A DNA stretch of 64,000 nucleotides, taken from positions 4,588,001 to 4,652,000 of the forward strand of contig OZ059894.1 in assembly GCA_964057225.1 (NCBI GenBank). The letters are read 5' to 3'. The first letter of the stretch is position 1. Every line of letters starts with the position of its first letter. The DNA is from Auanema rhodensis. Lineage: Eukaryota > Animalia > Nematoda. Position numbers and translations under genes: made by a program. The notes below the pieces were generated by a model. It saw only the letters and a list, made by a program, of their open reading frames with translations. It was not told where the DNA came from and ran no database searches. Positions 24,901-37,553 of the stretch are shown here, piece after piece.

Positions 24901-27900
24901 TTTTGTCAAAATGTTTTTGGAAGCAATGTTGAGTGTACATGGAAACTCAACATACACTAATGCATCATTTTTCAAACGATCATAACTAATTTTTGTATCA
25001 AGCGTTTCTTAATGTAGTATAGTGCATTCGATCCGGATTTTTAAGCTGCGTCGATCTGTGTTATCAGATTTGCGCTAGCTTAAAAATGCACCGAGATATC
25101 AACTGAGATAAGTTCACACTTATATCCTCGATTTTCACCCTGAAGAATTAATTTTTTCGTTGAATAACATTGTCCATCGTCTTTGCCTTGAAAAATGGAA
25201 TCTAAAAACATCTACTTTTTGCTAAATTATTTTGAAATTTTTCGAAAAAATTTTTGTCAAAATGTTTTTGGAAGCAATGTTGAGTGTACATGGAAACTCA
25301 ACATACACTAATGCATCATTTTTCAAACGATCATAACTAATTTTTGTATCAAGCGTTTCTTAATGTAGTATAGTGCATTCGATCCGGATTTTTAAGCTGC
25401 GTCGATCTGTGTTATCAGATTTGCGCTAGCTTAAAAATGCACCGAGATATCAACTGATATAAGTTCACACTTATATCCTCGATTTTCACCCTGAAGAATT
25501 AATTTTTTCGTTGAATAACATTGTCCATCGTCTTTGCCTTGAAAAATGGAATCTAAAAACATCTACTTTTTGCTAAATTATTTTGAAATTTTTCGAAAAA
25601 ATTTTTGTCAAAATGTTTTTGGAAACAATGTTGAGTGTACATGGAAACTCAACATACACTAATGCATCATTTTTCAAACGATCATAACTAATTTTTGTAT
25701 CAAGCGTTTCTTAATGTAGTATAGTGCATTCGATCCGGATTTTTAAGCTGCGTCGATCTGTGTTATCAGATTTGCGCTAGCTTAAAAATGCACCGAGATA
25801 TCAACTGATATAAGTTCACACTTATATCCTCGATTTTCACCCTGAAGAATTAATTTTTTCGTTGAATAACATTGTCCATCGTCTTTGCCTTGAAAAATGG
25901 AATCTAAAAACATCTACTTTTTGCTAAATTATTTTGAAATTTTTCGAAAAAATTTTTGTCAAAATGTTTTTGGAAGCAATGTTGAGTGTACATGGAAACT
26001 CAACATACACTAATGCATCATTTTTCAAACGATCATAACTAATTTTTGTATCAAGCGTTTCTTAATGTAGTATAGTGCATTCGATCCGGATTTTTAAGCT
26101 GCGTCGATCTGTGTTATCAGATTTGCGCTAGCTTAAAAATGCACCGAGATATCAACTGATATAAGTTCACACTTATATCCTCGATTTTCACCCTGAAAAA
26201 TTAATTTTTCCGTTGAATAACATTGTCCATCGTCTTTGCCTTGAAAAATGGAATCTAAAAACATCTACTTTTTGCTAAATTATTTTGAAATTTTTCGAAA
26301 AAATTTTTGTCAAAATGTTTTTGGAAGCAATGTTGAGTGTACATGGAAACTCAACATACACTAATGCATCATTTTTCAAACGATCATAACTTATTTTTGT
26401 AACAAGCGTTTCTCAATGTAGTATAGTGCATTCGATGCGGATTTTTAAGCTGCGTCGATCTGTGTTATCAGATTTGCGCTAGCTTAAAAATGCACCGAGA
26501 TATCAACTGATATAAGTTCACACTTATATCCTAGATTTTCACCCTGAAGAATTAATTTTTTCGTTGAATAACATTGTCCATCGTCTTTGCCTTGAAAAAA
26601 GGAATCTAAAAACATCTACTTTTTGCTAAATTATTTTGAAATTTTTCGAAAAAATTTTTGTCAAAATGTTTTTGGAAGCAATGTTGAGTGTACATGGAAA
26701 CTCAACATACACTAATGCATCATTTTTCAAACGATCATAACTAATTTTTGTATTAAGCGTTCTTCAATGTAGTATAGTACATTCGATGCGGATTTTTAAG
26801 CTGCGTCGATCTGTGTTATCAGATTTGCGCTAGCTTAAAAATGCACCGAGATATCAACTGATATAAGTTCACACTTATATCCTCGATTTTCACCCTGAAG
26901 AATTAATTTTTTCGTTGAATAACATTGTCCATCGTCTTTGCCTTGAAAAAAGGAATCTAAAAACATTTACTTTTTGCTAAATTATTTTGAAATTTTTCGA
27001 AAAAATTTTTGTCAAAATGTTTTTGGAAGCAATGTTGAGTGTACATGGAAACTCAACATACACTAATGCATCATTTTTCAAACGATCATAACTAATTTTT
27101 GTATCAAGCGTTTCTTAATGTAGTATAGTGCATTCGATCCGGATTTTTAAGCTGCGTCGATCTGTGTTATCAGATTTGCGCTAGCTTAAAAATGCACCGA
27201 GATATCAACTGAGATAAGTTCACACTTATATCCTCGATTTTCACCCTGAAGAATTAATTTTTTCGTTGAATAACATTGTCCATCGTCTTTGCCTTGAAAA
27301 ATGGAATCTAAAAACATCTACTTTTTGCTAAATTATTTTGAAATTTTTCGAAAAAATTTTTGTCAAAATGTTTTTGGAAGCAATGTTGAGTGTACATGGA
27401 AACTCAACATACACTAATGCATCATTTTTCAAACGATCATAACTAATTTTTGTATCAAGCGTTTCTTAATGTAGTATAGTGCATTCGATCCGGATTTTTA
27501 AGCTGCGTCGATCTGTGTTATCAGATTTGCGCTAGCTTAAAAATGCACCGAGATATCAACTGATATAAGTTCACACTTATATCCTCGATTTTCACCCTGA
27601 AGAATTAATTTTTTCGTTGAATAACATTGTCCATCGTCTTTGCCTTGAAAAATGGAATCTAAAAACACCTACTTTTTGCTAAATTATTTTGAAATTTTTC
27701 GAAAAAATTTTTGTCAAAATGTTTTTGGAAGCAATGTTGAGTGTACATGGAAACTCAACATACACTAATGCATCATTTTTCAAACGATCATAACTAATTT
27801 TTGTATCAAGCGTTTCTTAATGTAGTATAGTGCATTCGATCCGGATTTTTAAGCTGCGTCGATCTGTGTTATCAGATTTGCGCTAGCTTAAAAATGCACC

Positions 27901-28080
27901 GAGATATCAACTGATATAAGTTCACACTTATATCCTCGATTTTCACCCTGAAGAATTAATTTTTTCGTTGAATAACATTGTCCATCGTCTTTGCCTTGAA
28001 AAATGGAATCTAAAAACATCTACTTTTTGCTAAATTATTTTGAAATTTTTCGAAAAAATTTTTGTCAAAATGTTTTTGGA

Positions 28081-30182
28081 AGCAATGTTGAGTGTACATG
28101 GAAACTCAACATACACTAATGCATCATTTTTCAAACGATCATAACTAATTTTTGTATTAAGCGTTCTTCATTGTAGTATAGTGCATTCGATGCGGATTTT
28201 TAAGCTGCGTCGATCTGTGTTATCAGATTTGCGCTAGTTTAAAAATGCACCGAGATATCAACTGATATAAGTTCACACTTATCCTCGATTTTCACCCTGA
28301 AGAATTAATTTTTTCGTTGAATAACATTGTCCATCGTTTTTGCCTTGAAAAAAGGAATCTAAAAACATCTACTTTTTGCTAAATTATTTTGAAATTTTTC
28401 GAAAAAATTTTTGTCAAAATGTTTTTGGAAGCAATGTTGAGTGTACATGGAAACTCAACATACACTAATGCATCATTTTTCAAACGATCATAACTAATTT
28501 TTGTATCAAGCGTTTCTTAATGTAGTATAGTGCATTCGATCCGGATTTTTAAGCTGCGTCGATCTGTGTTATCAGATTTGCGCTAGCTTAAAAATGCACC
28601 GAGATATCAACTGATATAAGTTCACACTTATATCCTCGATTTTCACCCTGAAGAATTAATTTTTTCGTTGAATGACATTGTCCATCGTCTTTGCCTTGAA
28701 AAATGGAATCTAAAAACATCTACTTTTTGCTAAATTATTTTGAAATTTTTCGAAAAAATTTTTGTCAAAATGTTTTTGGAAGCAATGTTGAGTGTACATG
28801 GAAACTCAACATACACTAATGCATCATTTTTCAAACGATCATAACTAATTTTTGTATTAAGCGTTTCTCAATGTAGTATAGTGCATTCGATGCGGATTTT
28901 TAAGCTGCGTCGATCTGTGTTATCAGATTTGCGCTAGCTTAAAAATGCACCGAGATATCAACTGATATAAGTTCACACTTATATCCTCGATTTTCACCCT
29001 GAAGAATTAATTTTTTCGTTGAATAACATTGTCCATCGTCTTTGCCTTGAAAAATGGAATCTAAAAACATCTACTTTTTGCTAAATTATTTTGAAATTTT
29101 TCGAAAAAATTTTTGTCAAAATGTTTTTGGAAGCAATGTTGAGTGTACATGGAAACTCAACATACACTAATGCATCATTTTTCAAACGATCATAACTAAT
29201 TTTTGTATTAAGCGTTCTTCATTGTAGTATAGTGCATTCGATGCGGATTTTTAAGCTGCGTCGATCTGTGTTATCAGATTTGCGCTAGTTTAAAAATGCA
29301 CCGAGATATCAACTGATATAAGTTCACACTTATCCTCGATTTTCACCCTGAAGAATTAATTTTTTCGTTGAATAACATTGTCCATCGTTTTTGCCTTGAA
29401 AAAAGGAATCTAAAAACATCTACTTTTTGCTAAATTATTTTGAAATTTTTCGAAAAAATTTTTGTCAAAATGTTTTTGGAAGCAATGTTGAGTGTACATG
29501 GAAACTCAACATACACTAATGCATCATTTTTCAAACGATCATAACTAATTTTTGTATCAAGCGTTTCTTAATGTAGTATAGTGCATTCGATCCGGATTTT
29601 TAAGCTGCGTCGATCTGTGTTATCAGATTTGCGCTAGCTTAAAAATGCACCGAGATATCAACTGATATAAGTTCACACTTATATCCTCGATTTTCACCCT
29701 GAAGAATTAATTTTTTCGTTGAATGACATTGTCCATCGTCTTTGCCTTGAAAAATGGAATCTAAAAACATCTACTTTTTGCTAAATTATTTTGAAATTTT
29801 TCGAAAAAATTTTTGTCAAAATGTTTTTGGAAGCAATGTTGAGTGTACATGGAAACTCAACATACACTAATGCATCATTTTTCAAACGATCATAACTAAT
29901 TTTTGTATTAAGCGTTTCTCAATGTAGTATAGTGCATTCGATGCGGATTTTTAAGCTGCGTCGATCTGTGTTATCAGATTTGCGCTAGCTTAAAAATGCA
30001 CCGAGATATCAACTGATATAAGTTCACACTTATATCCTCGATTTTCACCCTGAAGAATTAATTTTTTCGTTGAATAACATTGTCCATCGTCTTTGCCTTG
30101 AAAAATGGAATCTAAAAACATCTACTTTTTGCTAAATTATTTTGAAATTTTTCGAAAAAATTTTTGTCAAAATGTTTTTGGA
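28081..30182. repeat. Local higher-order duplication, 3-monomer unit (1051 bp) x2
   Basis: The 2-bp deletion (ACTTATCC), CTAGTTT, CATTGTAG and AATGAC markers occur in both 28081-29131 and 29132-30182. Confidence 0.92.
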
Positions 30183-33100
30183 AGCAATGTTGAGTGTACA
30201 TGGAAACTCAACTTACACTAATGCATCATTTTTCAAACGATCATAACTAATTTTTGTATCAAGCGTTTCTTAATGTAGTATAGTGCATTTGATCCGGATT
30301 TTTAAGCTGCGTCGATCTGTGTTATCAGATTTGCGCTAGCTTAAAAATGCACCGAGATATCAACTGATATAAGTTCACACTTATATCCTCGATTTTCACC
30401 CTGAAGAATTAATTTTTTCGTTGAATAACATTGTCCATCGTCTTTGCCTTGAAAAATGGAATCTAGAAACATCTACTTTTTGCTAAATTATTTTGAAATT
30501 TTTCGAAAAAATTTTTGTCAAAATGTTTTTGGAAGCAATGTTGAGTGTACATGGAAACTCAACATACACTAATGCATCATTTTTCAAACGATCATAACTA
30601 ATTTTTGTATTAAGCGTTTCTCAATGTAGTATAGTGCATTCGATGCGGATTTTTAAGCTGCGTCGATCTGTGTTATCAGATTTGCGCTACCTTAAAAATG
30701 CACCGAGATATCAACTGATATAAGTTTACACTTATATCCTCGATTTTCACCCTGAAGAATTAATTTTTTCGTTGAATAACATTGTCCATCGTCTTTGCCT
30801 TGAAAAAAGGAATCTAAAAACATCTACTTTTTGCTAAATTATTTTGAAATTTTTCGAAAAAATTTTTGTCAAAATGTTTTTGGAAGCAATGTTGAGTGTA
30901 CATGGAAACTCAACATACACTAATGCATCATTTTTCAAACGATCATAACTAATTTTTGTATCAAGCGTTTCTTAATGTAGTATAGTGCATTCGATCCGGA
31001 TTTTTGAGCTGCGTCGATCTGTGTTATCAGATTTGCGCTAGCTTAAAAATGCACCGAGATATCAACTGATATAAGTTCACACTTATATCCTCGATTTTCA
31101 CCCTGAAGAATTAATTTTTTCGTTGAATAACATTGTCCATCGTCTTTGCCTTGAAAAAAGGAATCTAAAAACATCTACTTTTTGCTAAATTATTTTGAAA
31201 TTTTTCGAAAAAATTTTTGTCAAAATGTTTTTGGAAGCAATGTTGAGTGTACATGGAAACTCAACATACACTAATGCATCATTTTTCAAACGATCATAAC
31301 TAATTTTTGTATCAAGCGTTTCTTAATGAAGTATAGTGCATTCGATCCGGATTTTTAAGCTGCGTCGATCTGTGTTATCAGATTTGCGCTAGCTTAAAAA
31401 TGCACCGAGATATCAACTGATATAAGTTCACACTTATATCCTCGATTTTCACCCTGAAGAATTAATTTTTTCGTTGAATAACATTGTCCATCGTCTTTGC
31501 CTCGAAAAATGGAATCTAAAAACATCTACTTTTCGCTAAATTATTTTGAAATTTTTCGAAAAAATTTTTGTCAAAATGTTTTTGGAAGCAATGTTGAGTG
31601 TACATGGAAACTCAACATACACTAATGCATCATTTTTCAAACGATCATAACTTATTTTTGTAACAAGCGTTTCTCAATGTAGTATAGTGCATTCGATCCG
31701 GATTTTTAAGCTGCGTCGATCTGTGTTATCAGATTTGCGCTAGCTTAAAAATGCACCGAGATATCAACTGATATAAGTTCACACTTATATCCTCGATTTT
31801 CACCCTGAAGAATTAATTTTTTCGTTGAATAACATTGTCCATCGTCTTTGCCTTGAAAAATGGAATCTAAAAACATCTACTTTTTGCTAAATTATTTTGA
31901 AATTTTTCGAAAAAATTTTTGTCAAAATGTTTTTGGAAGCAATGTTGAGTGTACATGGAAACTCAACATACACTAATGCATCATTTTTCAAACGATCATA
32001 ACTAATTTTTGTATCAAGCGTTTCTTAATGTAGTATAGTGCATTCGATCCGGATTTTTAAGCTGCGTCGATCTGTGTTATCAGATTTGCGCTAGCTTAAA
32101 AATGCACCGAGATATCAACTGATATAAGTTCACACTTATATCCTCGATTTTCACCCTGAAGAATTAATTTTTTCGTTGAATAACATTGTCCATCGTCTTT
32201 GCCTTGAAAAATGGAATCTAAAAACATCTACTTTTTGCTAAATTATTTTGAAATTTTTCGAAAAAATTTTTGTCAAAATGTTTTTGGAAGCAATGTTGAG
32301 TGTACATGGAAACTCAACATACACTAATGCATCATTTTTCAAACGATCATAACTTATTTTTGTAACAAGCGTTTCTCAATGTAGTATAGTGCATTCGATG
32401 CGGATTTTTAAGCTGCGTCGATCTGTGTTATCAGATTTGCGCTACCTTAAAAATGCACCGAGATATCAACTGATATAAGTTTACACTTATATCCTCGATT
32501 TTCACCCTGAAGAATTAATTTTTTCGTTGAATAACATTGTCCATCGTCTTTGCCTTGAAAAAAGGAATCTAAAAACATCTACTTTTTGCTAAATTATTTT
32601 GAAATTTTTCGAAAAAATTTTTGTCAAAATGTTTTTGGAAGCAATGTTGAGTGTACATGGAAACTCAACATACACTAATGCATCATTTTTCAAACGATCA
32701 TAACTAATTTTTGTATCAAGCGTTTCTTAATGTAGTATAGTGCATTCGATCCGGATTTTTAAGCTGCGTCGATCTGTGTTATCAGATTTGCGCTAGCTTA
32801 AAAATGCACCGAGATATCAACTGATATAAGTTCACACTTATATCCTCGATTTTCACCCTGAAGAATTAATTTTTTCGTTGAATAACATTGTCCATCGTCT
32901 TTGCCTTGAAAAATGGAATCTAAAAACATCTACTTTTTGCTAAATTATTTTGAAATTTTTCGAAAAAATTTTTGTCAAAATGTTTTTGGAAGCAATGTTG
33001 AGTGTACATGGAAACTCAACATACACTAATGCATCATTTTTCAAACGATCATAACTTATTTTTGTAACAAGCGTTTCTCAATGTAGTATAGTGCATTCGA

Positions 33101-36100
33101 TGCGGATTTTTAAGCTGCGTCGATCTGTGTTATCAGATTTGCGCTACCTTAAAAATGCACCGAGATATCAACTGATATAAGTTTACACTTATATCCTCGA
33201 TTTTCACCCTGAAGAATTAATTTTTTCGTTGAATAACATTGTCCATCGTCTTTGCCTTGAAAAAAGGAATCTAAAAACATCTACTTTTTGCTAAATTATT
33301 TTGAAATTTTTCGAAAAAATTTTTGTCAAAATGTTTTTGGAAGCAATGTTGAGTGTACATGGAAACTCAACATACACTAATGCATCATTTTTCAAACGAT
33401 CATAACTAATTTTTCTATCAAGCGTTTCTTAATGTAGTATAGTGCATTCGATCCGGATTTTTAAGCTGCGTCGATCTGTGTTATCAGATTTGCGCTAGCT
33501 TAAAAATGCACCGAGATATCAACTGATATAAGTTCACACTTATATCCTCGATTTTCACCCTGAAGAATCAATTTTTTCGTTGAATAACATTGTCCATCGT
33601 CTTTGCCTTGAAAAATGGAATCTAAAAACATCTACTTTTTGCTAAATTATTTTGAAATTTTTCGAAAAAATTTTTGTCAAAATGTTTTTGGAAGCAATGT
33701 TGAGTGTACATGGAAACTCAACATACACTAATGCATCATTTTTCAAACGATCATAACTTATTTTTGTAACAAGCGTTTCTCAATGTAGTATAGTGCATTC
33801 GATCCGGATTTTTAAGCTGCGTCGATCTGTGTTATCAGATTTGCGCTAGCTTAAAAATGCACCGAGATATCAACTGATATAAGTTCACACTTATATCCTC
33901 GATTTTCACCCTGAAGAATTAATTTTTTCGTTGAATGACATTGTCCATCGTCTTTGCCTTGAAAAATGGAATCTAAAAACATCTACTTTTTGCTAAATTA
34001 TTTTGAAATTTTTCGAAAAAATTTTTGTCAAAATGTTTTTGGAAGCAATGTTGAGTGTACATGGAAACTCAACATACACTAATGCATCATTTTTCAAACG
34101 ATCATAACTAATTTTTGTATTAAGCGTTTCTCAATGTAGTATAGTGCATTCGATGCGGATTTTTAAGCTGCGTCGATCTGTGTTATCAGATTTGCGCTAG
34201 CTTGAAAATGCACCGAGATATCAACTGATATAAGTTCACACTTATATCCTCGATTTTCACCCTGAAGAATTAATTTTTTCGTTGAATAACATTGTCCATC
34301 GTCTTTGCCTTGAAAAATGGAATCTAAAAACATCTACTTTTCGCTAAATTATTTTGAAATTTTTCGAAAAAATTTTTGTCAAAATGTTTTTGGAAGCAAT
34401 GTTGAGTGTGCATGGAAACTCAACATACACTAATGCATCATTTTTCAAACGATCATAACTTATTTTTGTATCAAGCGTTTCTCAATGTAGTATAGTGCAT
34501 TCGATGCGGATTTTTAAGCTGCGTCGATCTGTGTTATCAGATTTGCGCTAGCTTAAAAATGCACCGAGATATCAACTTTTATAAGTTCACACTTATATCC
34601 TCGATTTTCACCCTGAAGAATTAATTTTTTCGTTGAATAACATTGTCCATCGTCTTTGCCTTGAAAAATGGAATCTAAAAACATCTACTTTTTGCTAAAT
34701 TATTTTGAAATTTTTCGAAAAAATTTTTGTCAAAATGTTTTTGGAAGCAATGTTGAGTGTACATGGAAACTCAACATACACTAATGCATCATTTTTCAAA
34801 CGATCATAACTTATTTTTGTAACAAGCGTTTCTCAATGTAGTATAGTGCATTCGATGCGGATTTTTAAGCTGCGTCGATCTGTGTTATCAGATTTGCGCT
34901 AGCTTAAAAATGCACCGAGATATCAACTGATATAAGTTCACACTTATATCCTCGATTTTCTACCTGAAGAATTAATTTTTTCGTTGAATAACATTGTCCA
35001 TCGTCTTTGCCTTGAAAAAAGGAATCTAAAAACATCTACTTTTTGCTAAATTATTTTGAAATTTTTCGAAAAAATTTTTGTCAAAATGTTTTTGGAAGCA
35101 ATGTTGAGTGTACATGGAAACTCAACATACACTAATGCATCATTTTTCAAACGATCATAACTAATTTTTGTATCAAGCGTTTCTTAATGTAGTATAGTGC
35201 ATTCGATCCGGATTTTTAAGCTGCGTCGATCTGTGTTATCAGATTTGCGCTAGCTTAAAAATGCACCGAGATATCAACTGATATAAGTTCACACTTATAT
35301 CCTCGATTTTCACCCTGAAGAATTAATTTTTTCGTTGAATAACATTGTCCATCGTCTTTGCCTTGAAAAATGGAATCTAAAAACATCTACTTTTTGCTAA
35401 ATTATTTTGAAATTTTTCGAAAAAATTTTTGTCAAAATGTTTTTGGAAGCAATGTTGAGTGTACATGGAAACTCAACATACACTAATGCATCATTTTTCA
35501 AACGATCATAACTTATTTTTGTAACAAGCGTTTCTCAATGTAGTATAGTGCATTCGATGCGGATTTTTAAGCTGCGTCGATCTGTGTTATCAGATTTGCG
35601 CTAGCTTAAAAATGCACCGAGATATCAACTGATATAAGTTCACACTTATATCCTCGATTTTCACCCTGAAGAATTAATTTTTTCGTTGAATAACATTGTC
35701 CATCGTCTTTGCCTTAAAAAAAGGAATCTAAAAACATCTACTTTTTGCTAAATTATTTTGAAATTTTTCGAAAAAATTTTTGTCAAAATGTTTTTGGAAG
35801 CAATGTTGAGTGTACATGGAAACTCAACATACACTAATGCATCATTTTTCAAACGATCATAACTAATTTTTGTATCAAGCGTTTCTTAATGTAGTATAGT
35901 GCATTCGATCCGGATTTTTAAGCTGCGTCGATCTGTGTTATCAGATTTGCGCTAGCTTAAAAATGCACCGAGATATCAACTGATATAAGTTCACACTTAT
36001 ATCCTCGATTTTCACCCTGAAGAATTAATTTTTTCGTTGAATAACATTGTCCATCGTCTTTGCCTTGAAAAATGGAATCTAAAAACATTTACTTTTTGCT

Positions 36101-37553
36101 AAATTATTTTGAAATTTTTCGAAAAAATTTTTGTCAAAATGTTTTTGGAAGCAATGTTGAGTGTACATGGAAACTCAACATACACTAATGCATCATTTTT
36201 CAAACGATCATAACTTATTTTTGTAACAAGCGTTTCTCAATGTAGTATAGTGCATTCGATGCGGATTTTTAAGCTGCGTCGATCTGTGTTATCAGATTTG
36301 CGCTAGCTTAAAAATGCACCGAGATATCAACTGATATAAGTTCACACTTATATCCTCGATTTTCACCCTGAAGAATTAATTTTTTCGTTGAATAACATTG
36401 TCCATCGTCTTTGCCTTAAAAAAAGGAATCTAAAAACATCTACTTTTTGCTAAATTATTTTGAAATTTTTCGAAAAAATTTTTGTCAAAATGTTTTTGGA
36501 AGCAATGTTGAGTGTACATGGAAACTCAACATACACTAATGCATCATTTTTCAAACGATCATAACTAATTTTTCTATCAAGCGTTTCTTAATGTAGTATA
36601 GTGCATTCGATCCGGATTTTTAAGCTGCGTCGATCTGTGTTATCAGATTTGCGCTAGCTTAAAAATGCACCGAGATATCAACTGATATAAGTTCACACTT
36701 ATATCCTCGATTTTCACCCTGAAGAATTAATTTTTTCGTTGAATAACATTGTCCATCGTCTTTGCCTTGAAAAATGGAATCTAAAAACATCTACTTTTTG
36801 CTAAATTATTTTGAAATTTTTCGAAAAAATTTTTGTCAAAATGTTTTTGGAAGCAATGTTGAGTGTACATGGAAACTCAACATACACTAATGCATCATTT
36901 TTCAAACGATCATAACTTATTTTTGTAACAAGCGTTTCTCAATGTAGTATAGTGCATTCGATGCGGATTTTTAAGCTGCGTCGATCTGTGTTATCAGATT
37001 TGCGCTAGCTTAAAAATGCACCGAGATATCAACTGATATAAGTTCACACTTATATCCTCGATTTTCACCCTGGAGAATTAATTTTTTTGTTGAATAACAT
37101 TGTCCATCGTCTTTGCCTTGAAAAAAGGATTTTAAAAACATTTACTTTTTGCTAAATTATTTTGAAATTTTTCGAAAAAATTTTTGTCAAAATGTTTTTG
37201 GAAGCAATGTTGAGTGTACATGGAAACTCAACATACACTAATGCATCATTTTTCAAACGATCATAACTAATTTTTGTATCAAGCGTTTCTTAATGTAGTA
37301 TAGTGCATTCGATCCGGATTTTTAAGCTGCGTCGATCTGTGTTATCAGATTTGCGCTAGCTTAAAAATGCACCGAGATATCAACTGATATAAGTTCACAC
37401 TTATATCCTCGATTTTCACCCTGAAGAAATAATTTTTTCGTTGAATAACATCGTCCATCGTCTTTGCCTTGAAAAAAGGAATCTAAAAACATTTACTTTT
37501 TGCTAAATTATTTTGAAATTTTTCGAAAAAATTTTTGTCAAAATGTTTTTGGA

